Source: Candidatus Multivoradales bacterium (lineage in GTDB: Bacteria > Acidobacteriota > Thermoanaerobaculia > Multivoradales > J023). Taken from it: a stretch of 64,000 nt of DNA. Shown here one piece after another: positions 1 through 10,548 of this stretch. Within the stretch, counting starts at the first letter, position 1. Each line of letters starts with the position of its first letter. The notes under the pieces were generated by a model. It did not search any database, was not told the origin of the DNA, and saw nothing but the letters and a program-made list of their open reading frames with translations. The stretch is taken from the NCBI GenBank assembly GCA_965248925.1, contig CBDFLE010000006.1, positions 4,672,001 to 4,736,000 on the forward strand, in the 5' to 3' direction. Position numbers and translations under genes: made by a program.

Positions 1-438
1 GATCGGCGCATTGCATTCTTTAACAAAGAGCCCGGTCGTGGTACCTGGGAGGTCTTTGTAAGCTGGTTGTATGGTGATCCGGCGGCGGCGCCCGCGGTCA
101 GCTTTCCCGAGGTCGGAGCCAACGAAGAAGCGCGCACCAAGGTGGCTACCACCCGCGGCGGGCTGACTCAGCTGTCGGCCGCCTGGGCCGATGGCGAGCA
201 AGTCTTCGCCTTGGCGATCAGCGATGGCCAGGGGCGGATGGTGCGGCCGAGCGCGACCGAGGTGGCTAGCGGTCGCTATCCGCTGTCGCGGCCGCTGCTG
301 TTGATCACCGCCGGGCCACCCGGGGTGGAAGAGCGCCAACTGATCAATTTACTGCTCAGCGAACGAGGCCAAGAACTGGTGCTGCGGCATGGATACCTGC
401 CCCTCGGGAGAGGAGGGGCGGCCAGCGGCGCGCCGTAG
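1..438 (+). CDS. pstS: Phosphate ABC transporter substrate-binding protein, 3' part (5'-truncated by window)
   Basis: Frame open from base 1 (DRRIAFFNKEPGRGTWEVF...); C-terminal PBP motif 'SGRYPLSRPLLL...GQELVLRHGYLP'; immediately upstream of pstC/A/B. Confidence 0.8.
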   Translation, partial: DRRIAFFNKEPGRGTWEVFVSWLYGDPAAAPAVSFPEVGANEEARTKVATTRGGLTQLSAAWADGEQVFALAISDGQGRMVRPSATEVASGRYPLSRPLLLITAGPPGVEERQLINLLLSERGQELVLRHGYLPLGRGGAASGAP

Positions 439-447
439 AGTTCCACC

Positions 448-1374
448 ATGTTCGCGCCCCGCTCCGCGAGAGCTGTCGATTGGACCCGCGCCGCATGCTA
501 CGCCGGTTGTGCCCTGGTGGCACTGGCTTTTGCTGCCTTGGTGGGCTTGCTGGTGTTCGAGAGCTTGCCGGTTTGGCGGCACGCGGGCGTCGGTTTCCTC
601 AGCCGTCCCCGCTGGTTCTATCGCCAGGCGGAGTTTGGCGCCTCGGCGATGATCTATGGCACCGTAGCGGTGTCGGCGGTGGCCTTGCTGTTGGCGGCGC
701 CGGTGGGGGTGTCGGCGGCAGTTTTTATTTCCGAGATCCTGCCGCGACGGTTGCGATTTCTGGTCAAAGCAGCGGTGGAGTTGCTCGCCGGTGTACCGTC
801 GGTGGTCTACGGTTTGCTCGGGCTGCTGCTGTTGCGCGACTGGATCTACCGCCTGTTGGAACCTTGGGAACCGTTGTCGGGTGACACTTTGCTCACCGCG
901 GGAGCCTTGCTGGCGGTGATGATCCTGCCCACTGTAATTACTCTGAGCGACGATGCTCTCGGCGGCGTTCCGGCCGCTCAGCGCCAAGCCGCTCGCGCAC
1001 TGGGTCTGAACCGTGCCGAGGTCGTGCTGGGAGTCAGCCTGCGCCAGGCTCTGCCGGGGGTAGCGGCCGCCGTCCTGTTGGCCCTGGGGCGAGCGGTTGG
1101 AGAGACCATCGCCATTTTCCTGGTGGTGGGCCGGCAAGACAATCAGTGGCCCGAGCGGCTGTTGTCATTGCGGCCACTGGGTGAGGCGGGGCAAACAATG
1201 ACCAGCAAGTTGGCGGGTTCAGAAACCTTTCTGGCCATGGGCGACCCGCTGCATTGGGCGGCGATGCTCGGCTTGGCGGCGCTGGTGCTGGTTTTCTCCG
1301 GTCTGCTCACTTGGGTAGGGGTCAGTCTAGCTGGCCTCGGCGAATCTCCCGGGCAGAGGTCGAGCAATGCGTAA
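448..1374 (+). CDS. pstC: Phosphate ABC transporter permease PstC
   Basis: ELLAGVPSVVYG, MILPTVITLSDDAL and LALGRAVGETIA motifs; hydrophobic helices. Confidence 0.92.
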   Translation: MFAPRSARAVDWTRAACYAGCALVALAFAALVGLLVFESLPVWRHAGVGFLSRPRWFYRQAEFGASAMIYGTVAVSAVALLLAAPVGVSAAVFISEILPRRLRFLVKAAVELLAGVPSVVYGLLGLLLLRDWIYRLLEPWEPLSGDTLLTAGALLAVMILPTVITLSDDALGGVPAAQRQAARALGLNRAEVVLGVSLRQALPGVAAAVLLALGRAVGETIAIFLVVGRQDNQWPERLLSLRPLGEAGQTMTSKLAGSETFLAMGDPLHWAAMLGLAALVLVFSGLLTWVGVSLAGLGESPGQRSSNA

Positions 1375-2215
1375 ATTGCTCGACCGAGCTCTGACTTGGA
1401 GCACCGGGCTGTGTGCTGCTTTCGCCATGTTGGTGTTGTTAGGGATAGCCGGCAATCTGATCTGGCGTGGTTTGCCGGCTCTGAGTTGGCAGTTTCTCAG
1501 CCAGTCCACCACTCAGGCCGGAGCGGCTGGCGGGGTGTTCTACCAATTGGTGGGCACTTTGATTCTGTTGCTGACCGCGCTGTTTGTCTGCCTGCCGTTG
1601 GCGATTGCCTTGGGTCTCGGTGGAGGATTCTACCTCCGCGGCCGGCCACGACGTTGGTTGGTATTGGGGCTCTACACCGCCAACGGCGTGCCCTCGGTGG
1701 TCTATGGCATTTTCGGCTTGCTGATCTTTGTCCGTTGGCTAGACTGGGGAAAATCGTGGTGGGTCGGCGGCTTGCTGCTCGGTTGGATGATCTTGCCGAC
1801 GGTGGCCTTGGCGCTTTACGAACGGGTCGTTCGGCTGCCGGCTCAGTATCTGCACGCGGCCGCCGCCCTTGGGCTCGATCGTTCGCGCATCGCCTGGGCG
1901 GTAGTGCTGCCGCAGAGCCGTGCCGGTCTGCTTTCCGGGATCTTGTTGGGGTTGGCCCGAGCGGCGGGTGAGACCGCGCCGATCTTGTTCGCGGCGGCGG
2001 TGTTCTCCGGCGCCACCTGGCCGCGGGGTCTGACCGACAGTCCGGTTCTGGCGCTGCCGTACCATATTTTCGTACTCGCCCAAGACACCTACACGGCCGG
2101 TGCCGAAGCCCGTCTGTGGGCCACCGCGACGGTGCTTCTCGGCCTGGTTACCATGCTCGCATTGTTGGCGTTGCCGGCCCGCCTGGGGCTGCACGAGGAG
2201 GCTCACCATGGTTGA
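1367..2215 (+). CDS. pstA: Phosphate ABC transporter permease PstA
   Basis: NGVPSVVYGIFG and LARAAGETAPILF motifs; overlaps pstC stop. Confidence 0.92.
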   Translation: MRKLLDRALTWSTGLCAAFAMLVLLGIAGNLIWRGLPALSWQFLSQSTTQAGAAGGVFYQLVGTLILLLTALFVCLPLAIALGLGGGFYLRGRPRRWLVLGLYTANGVPSVVYGIFGLLIFVRWLDWGKSWWVGGLLLGWMILPTVALALYERVVRLPAQYLHAAAALGLDRSRIAWAVVLPQSRAGLLSGILLGLARAAGETAPILFAAAVFSGATWPRGLTDSPVLALPYHIFVLAQDTYTAGAEARLWATATVLLGLVTMLALLALPARLGLHEEAHHG

Positions 2216-3065
2216 GTCGCGGTCTTCTGCTGCTCAGCCGGCCGCGTCGCCGCTGCTCGAGGTGCGGGGATTGTCGGTCTGGGCTGGCGAGCGCCAGCTG
2301 TTGCGAGGGATTGATCTCGAGGTGATGCCAGGCCAGGTGCTTGGGGTGATCGGCCCCTCGGGCTGCGGCAAGACCACCTTTCTCCGCTGTCTCAACCGCC
2401 TGGTCGACTTGATCAGCGGTTTGCGGGTGAGTGGTGAGGTGCGCTTCGCGGGTCGCTCGATCTATGGCGCGGATTGCGATGCCGATGCCCTCCGCGCCGA
2501 AGTCGGCATGCTCTTTCAACAGCCGGCGGTATTCCCTGGTTCGATTGCTGAGAACGTCATCTTCGGCGCGCGGCGGATCTACCGCTTGGCGCGGACCGAG
2601 CAGCCGGCGCGGGTGGAGTGGGCGCTGCGCGAAGCGGGGCTGTGGGACGAAGTGGCGGATCGCCTGAGTGCGTCGGCGGTAACTCTTTCGGTGGGTCAGC
2701 AGCAGCGCCTTTGTCTTGCCCGGGCGCTGGCCATGAAACCACGTGTGCTACTGCTGGACGAGCCCACCAGTGCTTTGGATGAGCGGGCCAGCGCCCAGAT
2801 TGAGGAGTTGGTCTTACGGCTAGCCAAGCGGTTGACCTTGATCATGGTGACCCACGACCTGGCGCAGGCGCGCCGGGTGACCGATCAGCTGGCGCGCTTC
2901 GAGCTGCGCCAAGGGGTGGGTGAGATGGTCCAACAAGGCCCCACCCACCAGCTGCTGGCTCTGCCTCGGCGAGTCGACAGCCGGCGAGAAAATCTGCCAC
3001 CCATGGCCCGTTCGGCGGTGGGTTCGGGGCCGACTCTGAGCCCATTCCCTGAGGAGAACGACTGA
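2208..3065 (+). CDS. pstB: Phosphate ABC transporter ATPase PstB
   Basis: Walker A GPSGCGKT, signature LSVGQQQRL, Walker B LLLDEPTSALD; ATG at 2208 follows GAGGAG. Confidence 0.9.
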   Translation: MVESRSSAAQPAASPLLEVRGLSVWAGERQLLRGIDLEVMPGQVLGVIGPSGCGKTTFLRCLNRLVDLISGLRVSGEVRFAGRSIYGADCDADALRAEVGMLFQQPAVFPGSIAENVIFGARRIYRLARTEQPARVEWALREAGLWDEVADRLSASAVTLSVGQQQRLCLARALAMKPRVLLLDEPTSALDERASAQIEELVLRLAKRLTLIMVTHDLAQARRVTDQLARFELRQGVGEMVQQGPTHQLLALPRRVDSRRENLPPMARSAVGSGPTLSPFPEEND

Positions 3066-4291
3066 TGTCTAGCAGCAACCACATAGCTATTTTGGGTACC
3101 GGCCCAACAGGTATCGAAGCTGCTTTGGCCGCTACCGATGCCGGCCTCTCTTTCACCCTATACGAGGCTGGCGAGCGGGTCGCCGAGGCGATCCAACAAT
3201 GGGGCCACGTACGGTTGTTCTCGCCCTGGGATCTCGATGTTTCGCCGCGTATGCGGCGCCATTTGCAAGCAGCCGGGCTGGACTGCCCGCTGGGTGATGC
3301 CTGTCCAAAGGGGGCCGAGCTAGTCGAGCAGGTGCTCAAACCGCTGTGTCGTTTGCCGAGTATCGCGCCGTACTTGAGGTTGTCGAGTCGGGTGGTGGCG
3401 ATTGGCCGTCGTGGTTTGCTCAAGCATGAGGAGATCTGTAGCGAGGAACGTGGCGGTCGACCTTTTCAGTTATTGGTACGGGACGCGCAGGGCAAGGAAA
3501 CCGCCGAGCAAGCCGCGCGGGTGCTCGATTGCAGCGGCACCTGGGGTCAGCCCAATCAGCTTGGGGATGGGGGAATTCCGGCCCTAGGCGAAACTGCACA
3601 TGGTGCCGCCATCGGTCGCCACGTGCCCGACATCGCCGGTGTACCCGAAGAGTGGGCTGGGCGGACAATCTTACTGATCGGCGCCGGCTATTCGGCCCAG
3701 ACCGCTGCTCGCGAGTTGGCGGCGGTGGCCGAGAAACACCCAGCTACCCAGTTGATCTGGGCCCTGCGCTCGGCGCCGTCGTTCCCCGTCGAGGACGACG
3801 ATCCCCTGCCAGAGCGGGCTGCCCTGAGCCGCGCGGCGGCGGCGCTGACGCAAGATCACCACCCGGCGGTTAAAGTTCTTGCCCCGGTCGTGGTCGAGGC
3901 GATCACCCGCCCGGACCAGCGTTTCTCAGTCACTCTGCGCCGGGCTAGCGGCGAGTCGCTCGAAGTCGTTGCCGACCGGGTCTTGGCGCTGACTGGTTAT
4001 GCCCCCGACGCATCGATTTACCGCCAGCTACAAGTCCACGAATGCTATGCCACCAGTGGACCGATCAAGCTAGCCGCGGCACTGCTTGGGTCCGGCGGCG
4101 GCGGCTGCCTGGCCCAGACCAGCCACGGTGTCGAAAGCCTGTTGAACCCCGAGCCCGGCTTCTTCATTCTTGGCAACAAATCTTACGGTCGCAACACCAC
4201 TTTTCTGATGCGAACCGGCTGGCAACAGGTCGAGGAGGTCTTCGCTTATCTGCTGTCGGAGGTAGAAAACACCGTCACCCACACCGCCTAA
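3065..4291 (+). CDS. FAD/NAD(P)-dependent oxidoreductase (flavoprotein monooxygenase-like)
   Basis: GTGPTG FAD motif, GAGYSA NAD(P) motif, ALTGY, C-terminal NPEPGFFILGNKSYGRNTTFL; TGATG coupling to pstB. Confidence 0.8.
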   Translation: MSSSNHIAILGTGPTGIEAALAATDAGLSFTLYEAGERVAEAIQQWGHVRLFSPWDLDVSPRMRRHLQAAGLDCPLGDACPKGAELVEQVLKPLCRLPSIAPYLRLSSRVVAIGRRGLLKHEEICSEERGGRPFQLLVRDAQGKETAEQAARVLDCSGTWGQPNQLGDGGIPALGETAHGAAIGRHVPDIAGVPEEWAGRTILLIGAGYSAQTAARELAAVAEKHPATQLIWALRSAPSFPVEDDDPLPERAALSRAAAALTQDHHPAVKVLAPVVVEAITRPDQRFSVTLRRASGESLEVVADRVLALTGYAPDASIYRQLQVHECYATSGPIKLAAALLGSGGGGCLAQTSHGVESLLNPEPGFFILGNKSYGRNTTFLMRTGWQQVEEVFAYLLSEVENTVTHTA

Positions 4292-4509
4292 CTCGCTGAT
4301 TCTGTTCCCTTCGCGCGGCACCTCGATCCGGCGGCGCTCGCCGCCGTCTGCGAAGAGTTCAATGCGTTCGCTGCTCGGGCTCGTGGAGCCCAAGCCGCGG
4401 TGCGGCATCAATTTGCGGTAAGATGGCCCGCCGCTTTCGAAGCTACAATTCCGGCCGCTTCAGCACCGGCCTTGAGAAATTCAGTGACTCGCCAAGTCAG
4501 GAGAAGGGC

Positions 4510-6942
4510 ATGAGCTATGAGATCAAGAGTGTCGCGGTCATCGGCGCGGGAACCATGGGCGCGGCGATTGCCGCCCACTGCGCGAATGCCGGCTTGCCGG
4601 TGCTACTGCTCGACATCGTGCCGCGGCAGCTGACCGACAAGGAATCGGCCAAGGGCTTGACCCTCGACAGCCCGGCGGTGCGTAATCGCATTGTCAGCGA
4701 GGGTTTCCAGCGCATCGCCAAGCTCAAGCCGGCCTCGCTGATGAGCGCCAAGGGCAAGAAGTTGGTTCGCCTGGGCAACTTGGAAGACGATTTCGACCAG
4801 CTGGCGGGGGTTGATTGGATCGTCGAGGCGATTATCGAAAAACTGTCGATCAAGCGGTCGCTGGTCGAGCGCCTCGACGCGGTGATCGGCGAGCATGCCA
4901 TCGTCACCACCAACACCTCGGGGTTGCCGATTTCGCAGATCGTCGAGGGGCGCTCGGCGAGTTTCAAGAAACGCTTCTTTGGCACCCACTTCTTCAACCC
5001 GCCCCGCTACATGAAGCTGCTTGAGGTGATCCCCGGCGGCGCAGCCGACCCGGCGGCGGTGGATGCCATTGCCGAATTCGCCACCAGCCGCTTGGGCAAA
5101 GGGGTGGTGCGCTGCAAGGACACACCGAATTTCATCGGCAACCGGATTCTTTCGATCCACGGCTCGCAGGTGATCGACGCCGCTTTCGCTGATGGCTACA
5201 GCCTGGAAGAGGTCGACGCGGTCACCGGGCCGCTGATCGGACGGCCGAAGACTGGCACCTTCCGTCTCCAGGACCTGGTGGGCATCGATGTTTCGGCCTT
5301 CGTTGGCAAGAACCTGCATGGGCTGATTCCCGAGGACCCTTACCGTGATGTGCTGATCTCGCCGCGGTTGGAGAAGGTCATCGGCGGTCTGATCGAGCGC
5401 GGTCGGTTGGGCAACAAGACCCGCCAGGGCTTCTACAAGAAGGGCAAGGACGAGAACGGTAAGAGGGTCTTCTTGGTGCTTGATCCTGAGACATTCGACT
5501 ACCGTCTGCCGGCCAAGGTGCGTTTCGAGGCGGTTGGCGCGGTGCGCAAGATCGAAGATCTTGGCGAGCGCTTGCAGGCTCTGTTCGACGAGCGTTTTGC
5601 GGCCGATCGCGGGGCCCGTTTCGCTTGGCAGACGGTTGCCGGGTTGCTCGAGTATGCCGCCGTCACTGCGCAAGAGATTGCCTTCGATCTGGCGAGCATC
5701 GACAACGCCGTGCGCTGGGGCTTTGCCCACCAAGCCGGGCCTTTTGAGCTGTGGGATCAGCTCGGTGTCGAGGCGATCGCGGATCGACTGGAGGCCGAGG
5801 GCCGCCGGGTGGCGCCATGGGTGCGGGAGATGCTGGCTGCTGGCTGCAGCACTTTCTATCGTCGCCAGGATGGCCGGGTGACTGGCTACTACGACTGGGC
5901 TACCCAAGCCTATCGCGATCTCGAGCGGGATCCACGGCAGTTCACCGCCGCCGATTTGCACGCCGCCGGTGCCGAGCTTGCCGCCAACGAAAGTGCCTCG
6001 TTGCTGGATATGGGTGACGGGGTGCTGTTGGTCGAATTCCACGCCAAGATGAACGCCATTGACGATCAGCTGGTGGCGATGATCAATCAGGGCGTCGAGC
6101 TCCTTGAGGACGACCCGTGGCGGGCAATGGTAATCGGCAATGACGCCACCAACTTCTGCGTCGGCGCTAATCTGATGGGCGTTGGCCTGGCTGCCCAGGC
6201 GGGCAATTTCGATGCCGTCGACCAGGGTAGCCGAGCTTTGCAGGATGCCTTGATGGGGGTGCGCTACGCCGCTAAACCGGTAGTGGCGGCGGTACAGGGC
6301 ATGGCCTTGGGCGGCGGCGCCGAAATCGCCTTGGCGCCAGCTCGGATCGTCGCCAGCGCCGAGGCTTACTTCGGTCTGGTGGAGGCCGGTGTCGGCTTGG
6401 TGCCGGCCGGTGGCGGGATGAAGGAATTGGTTCGCCGTTCGATCTCGCAGGTGATGCGAATCGAACATGCCGATGCGCTGCCAACGGCGCAGAAAGTGCT
6501 CCAGGCGGTGGGCACGGCACAGGTCACCAGCAGTGCCGTCGAGGGTAAGGAGTGGGGCTTCCTCGCGCCGAGCGACAAGATCGTCATGCACCGTGGACAG
6601 CTATTGTGGGCGGCCCAGCAAGAGGCGTTGAAGATGGCCGCTGCCGGCTATCGGGCGCCGTCGCCAGCCAAGCTATACGGCGGCGGTCGCGACCTCGAAG
6701 CCGCCTTGCGCATGGTGGTGTGGTCGATGCAGCAGGCCGGTTGGGCGAGCGATCACGATCGGGCGATCGGCGACCACTTGGCCTACATCCTGGCCGGTGG
6801 TGATGCCAGCGGCGAAGGTTGGTTCGACGAGCAGCATTTCCTTGATCTCGAACGCCACGCTTTCGTCGAATTGCTGCAGACCGAGAAGACCCAGGCACGG
6901 ATCGCGCACATGCTCAAGACCGGTAAACCACTGCGCAACTAG
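4510..6942 (+). CDS. fadN: 3-hydroxyacyl-CoA dehydrogenase/enoyl-CoA hydratase (FadN-type)
   Basis: VIGAGTMG, TNTSGLPI, GTHFFNPPRYMKLLE; C-terminal crotonase domain (ALGGGAE, GLVEAGVGLVPAGGG). Confidence 0.92.
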   Translation: MSYEIKSVAVIGAGTMGAAIAAHCANAGLPVLLLDIVPRQLTDKESAKGLTLDSPAVRNRIVSEGFQRIAKLKPASLMSAKGKKLVRLGNLEDDFDQLAGVDWIVEAIIEKLSIKRSLVERLDAVIGEHAIVTTNTSGLPISQIVEGRSASFKKRFFGTHFFNPPRYMKLLEVIPGGAADPAAVDAIAEFATSRLGKGVVRCKDTPNFIGNRILSIHGSQVIDAAFADGYSLEEVDAVTGPLIGRPKTGTFRLQDLVGIDVSAFVGKNLHGLIPEDPYRDVLISPRLEKVIGGLIERGRLGNKTRQGFYKKGKDENGKRVFLVLDPETFDYRLPAKVRFEAVGAVRKIEDLGERLQALFDERFAADRGARFAWQTVAGLLEYAAVTAQEIAFDLASIDNAVRWGFAHQAGPFELWDQLGVEAIADRLEAEGRRVAPWVREMLAAGCSTFYRRQDGRVTGYYDWATQAYRDLERDPRQFTAADLHAAGAELAANESASLLDMGDGVLLVEFHAKMNAIDDQLVAMINQGVELLEDDPWRAMVIGNDATNFCVGANLMGVGLAAQAGNFDAVDQGSRALQDALMGVRYAAKPVVAAVQGMALGGGAEIALAPARIVASAEAYFGLVEAGVGLVPAGGGMKELVRRSISQVMRIEHADALPTAQKVLQAVGTAQVTSSAVEGKEWGFLAPSDKIVMHRGQLLWAAQQEALKMAAAGYRAPSPAKLYGGGRDLEAALRMVVWSMQQAGWASDHDRAIGDHLAYILAGGDASGEGWFDEQHFLDLERHAFVELLQTEKTQARIAHMLKTGKPLRN

Positions 6943-7007
6943 GTCTGCTTGAAGGCTGAAGAATCGATGATTTTTACCGCATACCATTCCTCCCGAGGAG
7001 GTCGAAG

Positions 7008-8186
7008 ATGAACCAAGCAGTGATTGTCAGCGCCACCCGCACCGCGGTGGGTCGGGCGAAGAAAGGAACTTTGGCCAACACCCGGCCGGAGCAGCTCGGT
7101 GCCGCCGCTGTCACCGAAGCCCTGCGCCGAGCCACGGGACTCGATGCGGCGGCGGTCGACGACGTCATCATAGGTTGTGCGATGCCCGAGGGTGAGCAGG
7201 GGCTCAATATGGCACGGGTGATTTCGCTGCGCGCCGGCTTGCCGGATTCGGTGACCGCGCAGACCATCAACCGCTTCTGCTCTTCCGGCCTACAGTCCAT
7301 TGCTTTGGGTGCGCAGCAGATCATGTCCGGCATGGGCGAGGTGATCGTCGCCGGCGGCACTGAGTCGATGAGCATGGTGCCGATGTCGGGCTATCATTTC
7401 CGCCCCGACCCGTGGATGGTCGAGAATCAGCCGGAAATCTACATCTCGATGGGCATCACCGCCGAGAACGTGGCCAAGAAATTCGGCATCAGCCGCGCCG
7501 CTGCCGATGAGTTCAGCGCCGGTTCGCACAGCAAGGCGCTAGCGGCCAATGGCAGTGACCGGTTTCGCGATGAGATCGTGCCGATCAAAGTCGAGCAAGT
7601 GCGAATCGAGCACGGCGAACGCCACTGCCAGACGGTGATTTTTGATACCGACGAGGGACCCCGTGCCGGTTCAACGCCAGAAGTGCTGGCCAAGCTGCGG
7701 CCGGCCTTCCATGCGCGCGGCACGGTGACCGCCGGCAACAGCTCGCAAATGTCCGATGGCGCCGCCGCGGTGGTGGTGATGTCGGCCGCCAAGGCCGAGC
7801 AGTTAGAGATCAAGCCGCTGGCCCGATTCCTGGGCTTTGCCACCGGTGGGGTGCCGCCTGAGCTTATGGGCGTCGGGCCGGTCGAGGCCATTCCCAAGGC
7901 GCTGCGCTATGCTGGTCTGAAGCTCGAAGACATCGATCTGATCGAACTCAACGAGGCTTTCGCCGCTCAGGCCCTGGCGGTGATTCAAGAGGCCGGCCTC
8001 GATGCGGAGAAGGTCAATGTCAACGGTGGCGCGGTCGCTCTAGGGCATCCGCTGGGCTGCACCGGAGCCAAGCTGACCACCCAGTTGATCTATGAGATGA
8101 AGCGCCGCGGTAGCCGCTACGGCATGGTTACCATGTGTATTGGCGGCGGCATGGGCGCGGCGGGGATCTTCGAGAACCTGGACTGA
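7008..8186 (+). CDS. fadA: Acetyl-CoA C-acyltransferase (thiolase)
   Basis: [30 protein letters not shown] thiolase motifs. Confidence 0.95.
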   Translation: MNQAVIVSATRTAVGRAKKGTLANTRPEQLGAAAVTEALRRATGLDAAAVDDVIIGCAMPEGEQGLNMARVISLRAGLPDSVTAQTINRFCSSGLQSIALGAQQIMSGMGEVIVAGGTESMSMVPMSGYHFRPDPWMVENQPEIYISMGITAENVAKKFGISRAAADEFSAGSHSKALAANGSDRFRDEIVPIKVEQVRIEHGERHCQTVIFDTDEGPRAGSTPEVLAKLRPAFHARGTVTAGNSSQMSDGAAAVVVMSAAKAEQLEIKPLARFLGFATGGVPPELMGVGPVEAIPKALRYAGLKLEDIDLIELNEAFAAQALAVIQEAGLDAEKVNVNGGAVALGHPLGCTGAKLTTQLIYEMKRRGSRYGMVTMCIGGGMGAAGIFENLD

Positions 8187-8211
8187 GAGCCCCGGGTCGA
8201 ATCGCGGATGC

Positions 8212-8245
8212 TGTATTTGACTCATCCCCATGAGTCAAATACACT
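8212..8245 (+). promoter_or_regulatory. Sigma70 promoter embedded in a 14-4-14 palindromic operator of the vapBC locus
   Basis: TGTATTTGACTCAT-cccc-ATGAGTCAAATACA; TTGACT (8217) and TACACT (8240) 17 bp apart; ATG 6 nt after the -10. Confidence 0.75.
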
Positions 8246-8251
8246 CCCCGC

Positions 8252-8509
8252 ATGACTCAGCGACTTCAAGTGCTATTCGAGAAAGACGAACTGGAAGAGA
8301 TCAAGCAGCTGGCGAGGCGTCTGAGGATGACGACCGCGGAGTGGGTGCGGCAGACACTTCGCGAAGCGCGCCGGCAGCAGCCGCTACGAACTGCCGAGCG
8401 CAAGCTACGGGCGATTGACCGAGCCTCGGAGCATTCTTTCCCCGCCCCTGGAATCGCCCAGATGCTGCAAGAGATCGAAGCCGGTTACGGTACTGAGAGT
8501 GGCTCTTGA
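8252..8509 (+). CDS. Antitoxin, ribbon-helix-helix (VapB-like)
   Basis: 85 aa, N-terminal RLQVLF strand plus helices; overlaps the PIN gene by 4 nt. Confidence 0.75.
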   Translation: MTQRLQVLFEKDELEEIKQLARRLRMTTAEWVRQTLREARRQQPLRTAERKLRAIDRASEHSFPAPGIAQMLQEIEAGYGTESGS

Positions 8510-8901
8510 TCTTCGTTGACTCAAATATCCCGATGTATCTTGTGGGTGCCGATTCGGCTCTCAAGAGAGCTGCTGGCGGCCTCTTGCAAAGCTGTATCGC
8601 TGCCGATGAGCGGCTGGTGACCGACGCCGAGGTGCTGCAAGAGATCCTCCACCGATATGCAGCCATTGCTCGGCGAGAAGCCATCCAACCGTCGTTTGAC
8701 GCGCTTCTAGGTGTTGTCGATGAGGTGTTCGGAATCGAGCCTGAAGATGTCTTGCTGGCCAAGGAGACCGTTCTCGCGACCCTGCTCTCCGCCAGAGACG
8801 CGCTGCACTTGGCGGTCATGAAGCGTCGCGGAATTGATCGCATCCTGACTTTCGATTCCGACTTCGACGGGCTCGAGGGTGTGACCCGGATCAAACCATA
8901 G
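8506..8901 (+). CDS. vapC: VapC PIN-domain toxin
   Basis: IFVDSNIPMY, EVLQE, RDALHLA, TFDSDFD PIN acidic motifs. Confidence 0.9.
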   Translation: MIFVDSNIPMYLVGADSALKRAAGGLLQSCIAADERLVTDAEVLQEILHRYAAIARREAIQPSFDALLGVVDEVFGIEPEDVLLAKETVLATLLSARDALHLAVMKRRGIDRILTFDSDFDGLEGVTRIKP

Positions 8902-9041
8902 TTGCGCCCTTGCGAGGTGCCCGGAAACCAGCTTCGCCTCCAGGTCTCATGCTAACCTCAGCGATCTCGAAGCGCAGATGAAAGGGCAGTTAGAAGACCC
9001 TGCGGCGACTCCCTGCTGGGAGCTGCGAGGAGGTTTGGTAG

Positions 9042-9479
9042 ATGGCAGATAGCAAAGAAGGGCGCCGATTCACCGATCAAGGGGGCGACGTCGAGACGGT
9101 CATCGGTAAGGGATCCCACGTCGAGGGTGAGATCAGCGGCAGCACCTCAATCGAGGTCTGGGGTTCGGTCACCGGCACGGCGCGAATCGATGGCTTGTGC
9201 TGGGTGCGTGAGGGAGGCAAATTCAACGGCGACATCTTCGCCACTGGGGTAGTTGTCGAAGGCGAGGTGCAGGGCAAGATCACCGCCGCCGACAAAGTCG
9301 AGTTGCGCGCCTCCTGCCGCTCGCAGGGCAGTATCTCCGCCGGCTCCTTGGCGATCGCAGACGGCTCATTTTTCGAAGGCGAGATCCAGATGCGCGACTC
9401 GGTGAAGGGCGCGGGTGGCCAAAGCGCCAAGAAGAGCGGCTCGGTTAGCTTTGAGGAGAAGCGCCAGCCGGGGCAATAG
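9042..9479 (+). CDS. Bactofilin (polymer-forming cytoskeletal protein)
   Basis: ETVIGKGSHVEGEI...VEGEVQGKITAADKVEL...LAIADGSFFEGEIQM beta-helix pattern. Confidence 0.88.
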   Translation: MADSKEGRRFTDQGGDVETVIGKGSHVEGEISGSTSIEVWGSVTGTARIDGLCWVREGGKFNGDIFATGVVVEGEVQGKITAADKVELRASCRSQGSISAGSLAIADGSFFEGEIQMRDSVKGAGGQSAKKSGSVSFEEKRQPGQ

Positions 9480-10515
9480 GAGCCTCGGCCATCTGCGGTG
9501 TCTTGGACGCCGCCCCAGGGACCTCGCGCACTAGCTTTGGCACCAGGTAGCCAGAGGTGCTGGCCATCAGCTCGGCGTAGATTCGCTGCCCCTCCTGCGT
9601 TGGGACTTCGAAGTGGGTGGCACCGCGCACGCGGTCGAGCAAATGCAGGTAGTAGGGCTGGATACCGGTGGTGAACAATGCTGCGCCGAGCTCGGATAGG
9701 GTGGCGGCGGAGTCGTTGACGCCACGCAGCAGCACGGCTTGGTTGAGCAGCGTCACTCCCCGCTGGCGCAGACGGTGGCAGGCGGCGCGCACCGCGTCGT
9801 CGAGTTCGCGCGGGTGGTTGACATGCAGGACCACCACGGGGCGCAAGCGACTGCCGGTGAGCCAGTCGAGCAGCGCCGAGGTGACCCGCGAAGGCAAGAC
9901 GACGGGTAGTCGGGTGTGGATCCGTAAGCGCTGCAAGTGAGGGATCTCGGCGAGGCGTTCAGTCAGCTGCGCGAGCTTGGCATCGTTGAGTGACAGGGGG
10001 TCGCCGCCAGAGTAGATCACCTCTTCGATACTCGGCGTATTTCGTAACCAGTCGCAAGCTGGTTGCCACTGCTCCCCCCATGCTTGGTGGTCCTGATAAG
10101 GAAAGTGGCGCCTGAAGCAATAGCGACAATGCACGGCGCAGGCAGAAGTGGTCAGCAGCAGAGCCCGGCCGCGGTATTTGTGCAGCAGACCAGGCGCGGG
10201 CGCGGCGGCAGCCTCACCCACCGGATCCTCGCCAAACCCAGCCGCGGTGTCCAGCTCGGCACCACGGGGCAACACCTGCAAGAGCAGCGGGTCCTGAGGA
10301 TCGCCAGGCCGCATCCGGGCGATGAACGGGCGCGGCACGCGCAGCGGAAAACCAGCCTCTGAACCTGGCGGACAGTCGATCTGGCGGCGGTCGAGATCGA
10401 CCAGGCGCAGCAATTCGTCGAGGTCGCTGACCGCTGCACTGAGCTGGCGCTGCCAGGTGGGAGTCGGTTGCTGAGCCGCGGTGGTTGGCTGCCGGGTGGT
10501 GGTTTGGGCTATCAT
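9445..10515 (-). CDS. epmB: EF-P beta-lysylation lysine 2,3-aminomutase (radical SAM)
   Basis: [39 protein letters not shown]; divergent from efp. Confidence 0.93.
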   Translation of the reverse strand: MIAQTTTRQPTTAAQQPTPTWQRQLSAAVSDLDELLRLVDLDRRQIDCPPGSEAGFPLRVPRPFIARMRPGDPQDPLLLQVLPRGAELDTAAGFGEDPVGEAAAAPAPGLLHKYRGRALLLTTSACAVHCRYCFRRHFPYQDHQAWGEQWQPACDWLRNTPSIEEVIYSGGDPLSLNDAKLAQLTERLAEIPHLQRLRIHTRLPVVLPSRVTSALLDWLTGSRLRPVVVLHVNHPRELDDAVRAACHRLRQRGVTLLNQAVLLRGVNDSAATLSELGAALFTTGIQPYYLHLLDRVRGATHFEVPTQEGQRIYAELMASTSGYLVPKLVREVPGAASKTPQMAEAPIAPAGASPQS

Positions 10516-10548
10516 GCGTTTCGAATTGTCCTCGCCTCAAAGCTACCT

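Noticed and set aside
4404-4418. Sigma54-like motif upstream of fadN
   Set aside because: GG to GC spacing is 9, not the required 10
4603-6591. Long antisense ORFs (662 aa here; also 28711..30243, 14957..15949, 37055..38014)
   Set aside because: Shadow frames of well-supported genes in GC-rich DNA, with no recognisable motifs
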